Origin: Harriotta raleighana
Taxonomy: Eukaryota
Assembly (NCBI GenBank): GCA_050575255.1
Contig: JBNZDD010013669.1
Location: forward strand, 1,074,116-1,138,115
Direction of reading: 5' to 3'
DNA: 64,000 nt
Shown here piece by piece: positions 50,001 to 59,622 of the stretch; position 1 is the first letter of the stretch; each line of letters opens with the position of its first letter. A program made the translations under genes and the position numbers. The notes below the pieces were generated by a model that saw only the letters and a program-made list of their open reading frames with translations, did not search any database and was not told the origin of the DNA.

Positions 50001-52438
50001 TGAATAACTTTTGGTTTGTAATTGTAATTGTTCCACTTTCGGGCTGGTTCTGCGTGTAAAATGTATAACTATAACATTTATCTTTTATGGTTTAAGTCAA
50101 GGTAATATTCAAAAAGTAATTTAATTCATCATTACAGCTCCTCTGTACACAAAAAAACAAACACATTTTTCTGAAGTTAGAATCTGTGGTTATCTACTGT
50201 ACTGTACTGTATTAAAATAAAATGTCATTTGAAATGAAACAAAATAAGGGTGGTTAGGAGTTTTCTGTGTTCCTCAGTCAGCTATTTGTTTTTTTCAAAG
50301 AGAACAAATGTTTTTTGATACTCGTTTCAGGAAGAGACGTCTTTGGAGCTGAACCATTTGATCCTTTTATCTCAGGCGGAGGAGACTTCCCACCAGACAT
50401 CCAGTCCAAATTGGATGAAATGCAGGTGAATATTTAGAATTAGTGGTTTATATTTCTCCAATTTTTCTGAAACATGAACAAAAACAAAGTTTTGCAGTGT
50501 GATCTTAAGGGAACTAAAGAATGGTGGATGCAGCGCATACTCAAATCCATTCACCTGCTCAGTATGTGATGGGTGTAAATCAGTCACAATAGGTAAAAGG
50601 ATCTAAATCTGCGATATTTAAGGTGCAGGAGAGCCTTCAAAAGAATTCTGCCTGACTAACTGCATGCATCTACTGTGTACCCAAGCTAACATAACATAAC
50701 ATAAGGGTTGTGGCGCTGCTCGGAAATGGCTCTTTTGTTTGTCAGCATAGTGCTGACTGCAGCACTAGAAGCAAATCCACATTAAAGGCGGGTATTTACA
50801 AGGTATTTGCTATGGCCATTTGATTAGAATTGTATCCAGTAACCTAAGGAATGGACATGATCTTGCTGGCTGACTTTGTAATACTTTATCCTCTTTTTCT
50901 TTGCTTACCCTATGTTCCTGGCAGCGTCAGCGATGGTTGGTACTTTCTATTTCTCATCATTTGTGGCTATTGTGTGAACTGGACATAATGTATAATGTGT
51001 GTGTATGATTCTAGTTGTGTCCTGTCTATATGTTTAATATCTTTACTGTGAAGACGCTGCAGAAGCTTTGATAATCTTCTAAGTACTGAAAATATTGTGG
51101 GCTAATTTTAAGAGGACCTCACAGAAAGAATTTTGTATAATGTCCTGTTTGTTTGCCACAAAGAACTACTATTTGTTGCAGCAGTATACTTTCACTTCAT
51201 TGTGATAACTGCTGTAAATAAAATGTCCTATGAAATTGGGAGCATTGTCCTTTACATCTGATAGTTCCTCTAAAGGAAAAGGAGTGGACAAAGAAAATGG
51301 TAACACTGTAAAACTGTGTAACACTGGAACATTCAGACTATTCTGTTTGGAAACCCATTGGAACTTTACATGGGTGTGAAGTAAACCGTATTCCATGCTC
51401 ACTATTATGTACTATACTTAAAATAATGAATGAAGTGATGTTTATTACAGTGAACTTTGAGCCAGACTATTTGATGGCTTCCTTTATGGAGCCACAAGAT
51501 GGCACTGCACAAAGAGTAAGGATTTATAGACCTTGTAGCTTGGTCCATTTAAATTTTGCTTCTAGACTTAAACTGACTGATCCTAAGATATTTGCCAAAG
51601 GTAGAATTTGTAAGTGGCTGACATTGAATATATTCTGTAGATTATACCAATCGTATTTCTTCTCACTCAAGGAACTAAACCAATGATCAATGGCCAAATT
51701 AATGGCCAAATTAGATCCTCCTAGCTTTGACTCATCTTGTCTTCTTTTGTCATTGAAAATCTTCCTTTGCACATTCACTGTATGTTCTGATATTGACACA
51801 ATTTGTAATAAAATGTATTTAGATGCACATCTATTGTCAACTCAAGTGTACAAGCAGCATAGTTGAAGATTAGCTTGTAAAGAAGCAATATCATAAACTA
51901 ACAATTGATTCATACACAAAAAAATTCTAAATAAGTACTACATTACATTTCATACAGCACAACTAAGGTTGATTGATATTTCCTGAACCATAGAAAAATC
52001 ATGTAAATCCCTCCGCTCTTAGCACATTAGTTGCTAATATCTCCACTGAACATGGTCTCCTAAACAAGTATGATAATAAAGGTACAGAAGATACTGAATG
52101 AATGAATTGTGTTATTCTTCCTTTATTTGCTGTTCATATTTAGATTCTCATGTCTTTTGTTCTCGAGAATAGGTCTTTTCAGAGACGGGATGCATAAGTT
52201 TGACAGACCGAAACATTTCTCCCACTGTAAACCATCGCTTATAGTGAAACATGTGGCTTCTCTGCCGTTTTGAAGTGTTGTCTGCATGCATGTGCCTTCA
52301 TGTGAAAGAACCCAGGTACTGTTTATGTTGTTATTTTAATGCGTCTTCTTACTTTCCATTCCCCAGGAGGGGTTCAAAATGGGACTAACTCTAGAAGGCA
52401 CTGTGTTCTCTCTTGACCCTCTGGACAGCAGATGCTGA
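5064..52438 (+). CDS. GULP1: GULP1 / CED-6 PTB-domain engulfment adaptor, spliced CDS (10 constitutive coding exons, 915 nt incl. stop, 304 aa)
   Basis: Exons 5064-5091, 23955-24016, 28776-28847, 35960-36058, 36304-36441, 37452-37568, 39333-39425, 49479-49617, 50331-50425, 52367-52438 join in frame with GT-AG sites to give [42 protein letters not shown]...[27 protein letters not shown], which matches vertebrate GULP1 as recalled. Confidence 0.97.
6040..6625 (+). mobile_element. L2 LINE 3' fragment
   Basis: aggctcgactac..., ctccactggcttccc...gatcgaattcaagatcctc (LHWLP..RIEFKIL), tail gggacgtcctcccgac...ttgttgttg. Confidence 0.88.
8355..8648 (-). mobile_element. tRNA-head/Deu-core/L2-tail SINE
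   Basis: Reverse complement of the consensus seen at 63621-63955. Confidence 0.75.
10038..10392 (+). mobile_element. tRNA-head/Deu-core SINE interrupted by a short L2 tail (about 10190-10252)
   Basis: Box A tagctcagtggttagagc, box B gtttgattcc, core gcgcaattggctgctgc, tail aaatgcaaggatta. Confidence 0.85.
11890..12075 (-). mobile_element. 5'-truncated copy of the composite retroposon at 18015-19270
   Basis: Same junction of L2 tail (cccaaggcactgtacagtcaag), purine spacer (aaaataggaaaa) and SINE core (ttgactgtatatttg); (atca)n tail. Confidence 0.7.
16729..17115. mobile_element. hAT-type MITE containing an L2/SINE tail piece
   Basis: Ends cagaggcatcttt / aaaacacctctg; 8-bp TSD gtcaaaac / gtcgaaac. 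Confidence 0.6.
17342..17683 (+). mobile_element. Full-length tRNA-head/Deu-core/L2-tail SINE
   Basis: ggagtcctgaagctcaatgg... box B gggttcgattcc... ctgtttgtgggacactgttgtgcacaattggctgccgc... aaatgcaaggattatt. Confidence 0.88.
18015..19270 (-). mobile_element. Composite non-autonomous retroposon (GC-rich ORF/VNTR + microsatellite + two SINE cores + L2 3' tail)
   Basis: 9-bp TSD tggatgaga at 18006-18014 and 19271-19279. The flanks rejoin into an older DeuSINE (gtgctatctggatgagacttaagtcaagg...aaagatcccatggcac). Confidence 0.8.
18890..18995. repeat. 42-bp tandem repeat x about 2.5, made of two diverged 21-bp subunits
   Basis: ccgctcaggcccgtgtcctcgactctcaggtcaatgtcccca repeated; encodes ([14 protein letters not shown])n on the - strand. 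Confidence 0.9.
23118..23582. mobile_element. hAT (Tip100-like) non-autonomous element inserted in an L2 fragment
   Basis: Ends catggacgtgcag...gggtaggca / tgcctaccc...gcacgtcactg; 8-bp TSD ttagagag / ttggagag; L2 pieces on both sides. Confidence 0.7.
23955..24016 (+). CDS. GULP1: GULP1 coding exon 2 ([21 protein letters not shown])
   Basis: ctttcag|ataagacc...gtaaag|gtatgt, 62 nt. Confidence 0.95.
25360..25866. mobile_element. Tigger/pogo-like MITE family A, copy 1 (its 3' end is triplicated by assembly joins to about 26056)
   Basis: ta|cagtaaaagcccgtttatccg ... cggataaatgagctttta; AT-rich internal repeats shared with other copies. Confidence 0.85.
26390..26940 (-). pseudogene. Degenerate Tigger/pogo transposase fragment (CENP-B-type HTH region)
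   Basis: Minus-strand frameshifted peptides [32 protein letters not shown] and RHNI resemble the ASxGWxxRWKxRHNI motif of pogo/Tigger. Confidence 0.65.
28776..28847 (+). CDS. GULP1: GULP1 coding exon 3 ([24 protein letters not shown]), PTB domain
   Basis: ctttcag|tttctg...ctgaag|gtatag, 72 nt. Confidence 0.95.
32586..32978. mobile_element. Tigger/pogo-like MITE related to family A
   Basis: ta|cagtgaaaccttgtttatccg ... cggatgaacgaggttttattg|ta. Confidence 0.8.
33229..33839. mobile_element. Tigger/pogo-like MITE family A, copy 2
   Basis: ta|cagtaaaagcctgtttatccgg ... ggataaatgggcttttactg|ta; TA TSD. Confidence 0.9.
34133..34497 (-). mobile_element. Full-length tRNA-head/Deu-core/L2-tail SINE
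   Basis: aataatccttgcatttgatatag ... gtgctctaaccactgaactataggactc. Confidence 0.88.
35960..36058 (+). CDS. GULP1: GULP1 coding exon 4 ([33 protein letters not shown])
   Basis: ttttacag|tttgca...tcaaag|gtaata, 99 nt. Confidence 0.96.
36304..36441 (+). CDS. GULP1: GULP1 coding exon 5 ([46 protein letters not shown])
   Basis: gattgcag|gaaatt...aagtgt|gtaagt, 138 nt. Confidence 0.96.
36921..37243. mobile_element. hAT-Charlie-like MITE
   Basis: TIR cagtggttcccaacct / aggttggaaaccactg; 8-bp TSD ctctaaag / ctttaaag. Confidence 0.85.
37452..37568 (+). CDS. GULP1: GULP1 coding exon 6 ([39 protein letters not shown])
   Basis: ttttccag|gctgaa...aagaga|gtaagt, 117 nt; end of PTB domain (LTIGQAF motif). 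Confidence 0.96.
38525..38980 (+). mobile_element. L2 LINE 3' fragment
   Basis: gaattcaaaatcaacgtcctcactttcaagg ... gagacatcctcccgatgtgagag ... ttgttgttg tail. Confidence 0.85.
39333..39425 (+). CDS. GULP1: GULP1 coding exon 7, leucine zipper/coiled coil ([31 protein letters not shown])
   Basis: ttttgcag|attcag...tcacca|gtaagt, 93 nt. Confidence 0.95.
39874..40516. mobile_element. Tigger/pogo-like MITE family B with an internal 26-29-bp tandem array
   Basis: ta|caggcagtcctctagttacg ... cgtaacttgaggactgcctg|ta; CpG-rich. Confidence 0.9.
40559..41247. mobile_element. Tigger/pogo-like MITE family A, copy 3
   Basis: ta|cagtaaaaacttgtttatctgg ... cagataaacagggttttacta|ta. Confidence 0.88.
42262..42720 (-). 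mobile_element. L2 LINE 3' fragment
   Basis: Minus-strand [13 protein letters not shown] and [15 protein letters not shown]; (caa)n tail. Confidence 0.85.
43481..44292. mobile_element. Tc1/mariner (Tigger-like) MITE carrying a captured host exon (Pack-TIR)
   Basis: ta|cagttaacactcg ... cgagggttaactg|ta; TA TSD; GC-rich interior. Confidence 0.88.
43749..43784 (-). pseudogene. ZFYVE28: Captured copy of the ZFYVE28 (LST2) first coding exon, [12 protein letters not shown], with Kozak context and splice donor
   Basis: Minus strand gctgtcaccATGAATAGGTTCCGCAAATGGCTGTACAAACCCAAG|gtaagt; the peptide equals the recalled conserved ZFYVE28 N-terminus. Confidence 0.8.
45800..46500 (-). mobile_element. 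L2 LINE 3' fragment
   Basis: Minus-strand [45 protein letters not shown]. Confidence 0.92.
47862..48083 (+). CDS. GULP1: GULP1 alternative in-frame cassette exon (74 aa, Pro/Ser/Thr-rich: LLHINSSNQ...GLLTPPPPK...FSIPRPR)
   Basis: Strong acceptor ttttctttccag|, 222 nt stop-free, phase 0-0 like the flanking exons, donor cgt|gtaatt followed by tandem TGCATG. Confidence 0.78.
49479..49617 (+). CDS. GULP1: GULP1 coding exon 8 ([21 protein letters not shown]...PVRAAEL+A)
   Basis: cttcctag|ggaggg...gaactca|gtgagt, 139 nt. Confidence 0.95.
50331..50425 (+). CDS. GULP1: GULP1 coding exon 9 ([32 protein letters not shown])
   Basis: gtttcag|gaagag...atgcag|gtgaat, 95 nt; DPF/EPF adaptor-binding motifs. 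Confidence 0.95.
50925..50935 (+). CDS. GULP1: GULP1 11-nt alternative micro-exon CGTCAGCGATG giving the frameshifted C-terminus RQRWRGSKWD* (stop at 52386-52388)
   Basis: Long pyrimidine tract then ggcag|cgtcagcgatg|gttggt. Splicing to 52367 reads CGT CAG CGA TGG AGG GGT TCA AAA TGG GAC TAA. Confidence 0.8.
52367..52438 (+). CDS. GULP1: GULP1 last coding exon ([23 protein letters not shown])
   Basis: ttccattccccag|gagggg...tgctga. Confidence 0.96.
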   Translation, partial: EGFKMGLTLEGTVFSLDPLDSRC

Positions 52439-54760
52439 TATTAAGGAACTTTTTTTTCTTTTCACATTTGGATCACAAAATCACTTTGGAACAAAAAATA
52501 GAACCAGTGAAGTGCCAAAAAAAACAACAAAAAACAAATTCTCTATGTTATTTCGTAATGCCTTTCTCATATGGGATTTGCTTGGACTTGATACTGCTTG
52601 CATTTTATTGCTACACGCTTTTGGAAGATGAAGGAGAATGTGCAGAATGGATTGAAGATTCAAGAAATCACACAATTTTGGATTGCACTTCACCATCTAA
52701 AGAGGGCAGTACATTATCTATCCCATCTGTTAATGCATTTTTAAAAAAAAAAGTGTTCATGTTTGCTTACCTGCAAAAACGTGGCAGCACTGCAACACAC
52801 CGTGCTTCAATTTCAAATAAGGTTTTGGCTGAGTATTTTCATCTGTTCGTGCATTGTTTTAATGAATTTATTCACAGTGTAAGAACCTCTACTCATAGTG
52901 ACGTAACCCAGTTTTCTCAAATATCAAACATCTCCTCCTGCAACAATGTAAAATACTAAAGACAATTTTACAATTTTTTTTATGAGTGCCACCCAAAAGA
53001 AATGCAATTTGATGGCAAAAATATCCCACTGGTATTGCCGTAAGGTGAAACTCTTATTTTTAGGTATCTATACCTCCCTCACTGACTCCACGGGTTTAAT
53101 TTTTAAATATATTTTTTCAGTATTGTACTGAATATGGTACTTGCGTGTGAAATTATTTTGATTAAAAAAAAATTCCTGTGGCTATATTTCATGCTCTGCT
53201 TGTTCGAATGATATAACTGGATTATATGTTGCTGCTAAAAAAAAAACACACTAGAAAGAGACTAGTTATGTTTACTCATTGATGTATGGGAATGTTAACT
53301 GTTTCTTGGAATCCTATAAGTTTATTATCAGCAAGAGGAAGCATGACTTGCCGGTTGTTTTAAAAACAATGTCTTTTCAATCAGTGTTTAGAAAGAGGAA
53401 ATCCCACAATCAACATGGAACTGAAAGGTGGCTGGTTTAAGTGATTGGTGCATGTCAAATCCTCCACATTGGTGTTTTGATTTTGTGGGAAAGGTTACCT
53501 AGAATTTGGGGAACAGCTTCCACATAAATTGCTTCCAGTGGCAACATTTATCTAACCATTCATTCACTGGTTATCAAACACGCCGAATACAACGTCACAG
53601 GTCAATTCCAAATATTGGAAGATGTCTTGTGAGGAGCTCTGGTGGTAATTGCAATTACTCATTGCCCTTCCGGGTGGTATACTTTATCAATAAAATGTAT
53701 CTTAAGTGTACTTCATCCGAAATGTAATGCAGATCTCTATATTGCTCGCTCTTGAGCCCTGCGTAAGAGAATGTTTTAACTCAAGAGAGGCAGAATGAAG
53801 TGTGAATCACTCCTAAATCAGGCATTACTCACTGAAGAAGAAAGAGCCTTTCCACAATAAGAGAACAGTATGTAGCTCTCGCTTCCACAAATGATTGTAA
53901 GCAAATATCTGCATGCTTTACCAGTATTTCATATAACTCTCTTTGCAATGTGGAGAATCTAACAAGTCTTCCTATTTCTAACTGAACATATATCAAATAG
54001 CATTTTTATTTGAAGATTAGTCACTCTATGGTACACCTTAACGCTTTAAAACAAAGTATTTATCAGTAACACTTTTCCTTTATATTTAGCAGTATTTGAC
54101 TTATGCAATTTATATATTGAGGGTGGTATAGGTAACCACATTTATGTTATACGTGACTTTTTATTCGTCTGTTTCTTAATTCTGTCTGTTTTTAATCGTA
54201 AAATAAATTGTATTTCTGAATAAGCAACTAAATTGTCACCGTTTGTCTTAGATTTTAACACCATATACAGAGTTACTTTTACATGAATAAAGCTGGCGTG
54301 TAAACAAATGTGTTCTTTCCTTTCACTGCAACTGCATCTAAACAATCCAAATAGCAATGAATATATGTTTATCTCAGATAAATGTTGGATCTACAAAGTT
54401 TGCAAACATACATTATGCTTCTATTAACCCACTCCTCACACAAAAAAAAGTGTAGGTTTACAATTAATCCAGTATTTGCACCAGCATCTGGTACATTTAA
54501 AGACAGATTTAAAAATGTGCTGGACCTTAAAAGTATTATTATTCAGACACAAAAATTACTTGCTTTGTTTTGAAAGATGAAGGAACACAGACCTTTATAA
54601 TACTGTATTTGTATAGCTCTGCAATGTCTACTGGTTGTAAAATTTGCATTTCATTCATTTTAAATGTAGACCATTCTGTTTATTCACCTTCAGAGGCTTT
54701 GTCTGATCACTTTTATTTGTGAGTTCAAAAATAAAATGTAGTTTTCAAATATATCTTCTG
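52439..54760 (+). other. GULP1: GULP1 3' UTR (extent approximate) with candidate poly(A) signals
   Basis: AT-rich and free of recognisable repeats. AATAAA at 53689, 54202, 54286 and 54730, the last followed by T/GT-rich sequence; SINE remnants resume after about 54.9 kb. Confidence 0.55.
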
Positions 54761-55755
54761 AATGATATTGAATCTTTTTCTACATAGTTTGTTGCTGTGG
54801 GTAATACGGTCTAGCATAGGAGTGGAATTAATTAAGGCGTTTAAACCCAAGTGATAAACTATGCCAAACATTGAATAGTACGTGGAAGAATTGGCATTGT
54901 TTCGTACCGAAGGGAGTCATTCCAATCTGAACCTGTTAATTTGGGATCAGGCCGACAGGCACTTAAATATTAAATTACAGTAAATTATGAAGCACTTTGA
55001 AAGAATTCAACAAACTGAGAAGGGCATTTATTAAATCCAAGGATTATTTGTTATTGTTACCATTACTAGCAGATGGCTTTCGAGTAATGTACTGTTTAGA
55101 GACACAAGTAAAACTGAAGAGAAGGTGCCAGGTGTCAGTTTGACTCAATTGGTAGCACTCTCGCCTTTTGTGAGTTCAAGGCCCCAGATTGGGACTTTGA
55201 CAGTGCACTACTGGGAGTGGACTTTATTGTTGTCCTTTGCGTCAGACAATAAATAAAGGTCCTGCCTTCCTGTTTAGATGGACATTAATGATTCTGGGGC
55301 ATGATTGAAAAGAGAAGGCAGATTCTCCCTATAAACTTGGCAACAATCTGACAATTATATTGGTGATTTATTCATTAATTTGTTTGTGGGACATTGTTAT
55401 AAGCAAATTGGCTGCTGTAAATTGTTTGACTACAAATTACACAGTCACTGCATTTTACAGTAATATTGTATTGTGCACTTGATGAAATAATAAGGCATAT
55501 ATAAAACACATGGGTTATTACTAATATCATAAAGTAGCTGTACTGGAGAATGTGAGTGTTCAGTGAACCTAGATTTTCAGTTGCATAATCAGATGGTAGC
55601 ATGAATAAGGAATTTGTACTGAATGCATCTAAAATTAATCACATATGCCTATGCAGCATAAAGCTTGAGCAGCATATTGCCATATCAAAAGTAATTACTG
55701 TTGCAAAAACCCATAATGCCAAATAGCATTTTGTTCAATTTCCCTTCCTGTAGAC

Positions 55756-55968
55756 CAGTGGTGACCAAGCTGCGGCCCAAGGGCCAGAAGATGATCCCCC
55801 CCCCCACCCGCCCAACGTTCGCATGAGTCGAGGTAAGTCTGTCTTGGATTGGTAATGTTTTTCACTTTTTTTTCTTGATTAAATTTACCTTGATTTATGA
55901 CAAAAATCAAGAAATATTTCATCAAGAAAATTGATTGTGTTGGCTAACCACAAGGATTGCCACAACTG
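55756..55968. mobile_element. hAT-Charlie-like MITE
   Basis: cagtggtgaccaa ... ttgccacaactg; perfect 8-bp TSD ctgtagac. Confidence 0.75.
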
Positions 55969-57714
55969 CTGTAGACCATGATTTTTACAATGGTTCCATT
56001 TTATTGTTAATGTTGTTGGCAGACTTCCAGTGTCTAATTTTTCAGAATCTTTTCATGTAAGAACTCGAGTTATCTGATTATGGAGATCTCGTAGGTGGTC
56101 GTAATTCCTCTCTTTGCTGCACACTTCTTATGTGTAGGAACACGTTTATTAACAAGAAGTCGGTTTCCTTAGCATATGACTGCAAGGGCTGACAGTCATA
56201 TCCTCGTGACCTAACCAGTGATGACTGTCAATAACGCATCTAGCGATTGTCCATTTCATCATTAAAAACTTGATTATATAATCCGAGATGCGTTCTTTTG
56301 ACAACATTTTCGGACCCAAAACCCACTAAAAAATAACCCTTTGCAACAAAGAATTTAATGATAATGAGACATAATGAATTTGATTAATGATTTAATAGCA
56401 CAGCGAACGGGTCCCGTGGCTCTCGATCGCAGTCGAACTTGTCGCATACCATGAACAGATCCAGCCTCTAGGATCCAACGTAAGCCCCGAGGCCTTGGGG
56501 ATCACCTGCTCACCTCATCCAATCGGCAACCGTCATGTAAACAATGAGGAGCGACAAGCTACTGGCCAGTTCAACATGTTTACATGACGTCAAGTGGCTG
56601 CTGGATTGGATGAGGTGATCAGATGATCCCCAAGGCTTTGGGAATATACTGAATATACACTTCTGCCTGGGCCACTGTTTGGCGCATTTTTCTCAACATC
56701 TACATGCATTTCAGGTTGGTATACAAAGTATACTAGATATACTGCGTATTTCGATTTTTCTACCCCCAAAAATATCAAGTATAATTTTAAAATGTCATTA
56801 AAACAAAACTAAATATTGGACATCGATAAAAATTTATTTAAAAATTGTTTGCTAAATCTAAATCATGTAACTAGAGACAGCACAAATCGGGGGATACCTG
56901 TACACTGTAAAGTGAATTGACTATATTTTGTGGGTGAAATGTGGCAGCCAGTNAAAATATTGGACATCGATAAAAATGTATTAAAAAATTGTTTGCTAAA
57001 TCTAAATCATGTAAATAGAGACAGCGCAAATCGGGGGATACCTGTACACTGTAAAGTGAATTGACTATATTTTGTGGGTGAAATGTGGCAGCCAGTGTCC
57101 CCATGAACAGTGGTGGATTGAGTGACCAATTTATTTTTTATTTTTTGAAGGGATTATTACCCAGGAAAAATGATCTGCCAATCGACTAAAAAATAAGTTC
57201 ATATTTACTGTGAGATAAACAGAGGCATGTAAAGTAAGGAAACCTTTACAACATTTTGCCCTGCCAGGAATCGAACCAGGAATGCGATAAACTTTAATGG
57301 ATTAATTTATATTCCATAGTCATAACAACTATGTTGGAAACCACCAAATGAAATAGGGTAAGGAGGACGATCCTTAATGAAATGTGCCCATTTCACTCAT
57401 TGCGGTTATTTCCTTTAAAATTCTTGTTTGACCAAAAAATTAAGTTGATAATAATAATCCTTGCATTTGGAATAGTGGTGTTCACGTCTTCTAGACCTCT
57501 CAAAGCGCTTCACAGAATAATNGATGTTGGAAACCACCAAATGAAATAGGGTAAGGAGGACGATCCTTAATGAAATGTGCCCATTTCATTCAAAGCACCT
57601 CATTGCGGTTATTTCCTTTAAAATTCTTGTTTGACCAAAAAATTAAGTTGCTAATAATAATCCTTGCATTTGGAATAGTGGTGTTCACGTCTTCTAGACC
57701 TCTCAAAGCGCTTC

Positions 57715-58020
57715 ACAGAATAATCCTTGCATTTTGATAAAGTGCTTTTCACATTTTATCGACGTCTCAAAGCGCTTCACAGAATATACTGTAAACCAAA
57801 TTGATTGTACATTTGTGGGCGAACTGTGGCAGCCAATTGCACCCAGCAGTGTCCCACAAACAGTCGGGGATTGAAATAACCAATTAATTTTCTTTTCTTG
57901 AGGGATTATTATCAGGCGTGTGGAGTAAGGAGACTTAACCCAAGGTTTTACCTTGCCGGAAATCAAACCCAGGTCTCTCTCTTGCGAGGCCAGTGCTCTA
58001 ATCACCGAGTTACAAGTCTC
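57715..58020 (-). mobile_element. tRNA-head/Deu-core/L2-tail SINE (another - copy at about 57040-57280)
   Basis: taatccttgcattttgata ... ggcagccaattgcacccagcagtgtcccacaaacag ... gtgctctaatcaccgag. Confidence 0.85.
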
Positions 58021-59465
58021 ATTTGGATAATGCCAATGAATGACAACCTTAGATTTCCTGCAGTGAATATAGTACATATTTACATGGAAAGTGATTAGGT
58101 TAAGATACGTTTGGAAATCCAAATCCCTTTCACCCCGATCGGTAAATTATCTGAGGTAATCATATGAAATAGGTTTTGGCAACAACCTTAGATTTGGCTC
58201 GGTATGTTCCACTTTCAACAACAGTGAGCCTGGAAAATAGCCTCAAATAGCAACGATTCGATAAACAATTTGGAAACTGTTCCGGGTCAGAAGAAAACAG
58301 CATGTTGGCCTGTGCCATTTTATCAACCCATTTTGCTCACGTACATATGAAACGTTACTGCTGATGGAAGCTTTTCAAAACTGTTTTGATCTTAAGAAAG
58401 CCATGTGTGGAGAATGCCTTTGGGTGTGCCATTCACCAATAGATTTGTAATTTCTGGCACATTATTTTTAACGCATGGATCCATCCAAATTAATATACTG
58501 GCGCAATGTAATCAGACACACATTTATTTTGAGTGAAGTATGTGGGTGGAAATAGAGGCTACTCCAAATATGAGCCCTCGTGCACGTCCCCCTTTCCACC
58601 ACCCCCGGCCAGAATCGAGCTCCACCACTGTTAAGTACCAGAGATGCTACCCTGCATGTTGGGCACTATATAAGTGCATGTTGTTGTTGCATGTATGTGC
58701 CATTTGTCATCAGTTTCCCCCTGATTTGGTGTTGAGTACAATTGTTGATGATATTGCTCGTATGCTTGTGCTTAAATCATTTCACATATGTGGCAGATAC
58801 GATGCCTCCCAACACAATCGCCTGACACTTGCAAGAGCTGTGTCTTACTGATTTGAGATGATGTTATATCTCTTTATTCTTTGTTCTTCAGCCCACCTTT
58901 ATCTCTAATACCACAAGCATTATTCTTCAGAACAAGCCTCTTAAATGCCACCTTGTTTTTGCATGTTTGCTAGTTTGTGCTGCTCTTAATTTTTCTATGT
59001 TGTTGCTAACACTATTCAGCGAACACAATCCAGCTTCAGGTCACCATATTTTCCCCCAATCCGCCCCACCATGTGTGGGTGAACTTTTAGCTGTGTTGCC
59101 CCCGCTCTCTGGGATTTCAGCCTCAGAGTGCCTTCACCTCATCCCCGCTCTCACTTTTAAACCACACCTCAAGACCTCCTTCTTTGACCATGCTTTCTGT
59201 CATCTATCTCAACCCTCGATTAGATGCCTAATGTGTGAGGCGTTTTCAGACATCCTTACGATGACAAAAAGCATTGTGTAAACTTGGAATGTAAATTATA
59301 CCTTGTTTTTAATTTCAATTACATGTCCATTAATGTACCTCTGTGGTTTTGTTTTCATGTTTTCTCCATAACTCTATACTTCCATGTCTTTCTGTTTGTA
59401 CATTCGCCAGTTAAGCACCCACTCTGCAATATCAAAATGTATGATGGACAATATTTTACAAATGT

Positions 59466-59622
59466 ATAAACACAGAAGTCACTGGGAATACACAGCAGGT
59501 CAGGCACCATCCATGGAAAGAGGAAATATTAGTAATGTTTCAAGTGTATGACCTCTCGTCAGAACTGAAATCTGTGTTTATACCAGATTTTTTTAGCATC
59601 TTTAGTACTTTGCCTTTTATTC
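59466..59622 (-). mobile_element. Penelope-like element terminal repeat remnant with hammerhead-like core
   Basis: cagcaggtcaggcaccatccatgg; the minus strand reads agttCTGACGAgaggtcatacacttGAAACatt. Confidence 0.55.

Noticed and set aside
52432-52959. 175-aa ORF overlapping the GULP1 stop codon
   Set aside because: Lies in the AT-rich 3' UTR with homopolymer runs and no recognisable domain; probably chance
56811-57720. Two direct duplications
   Set aside because: Each is centred on an N (56953, 57522); assembly overlap
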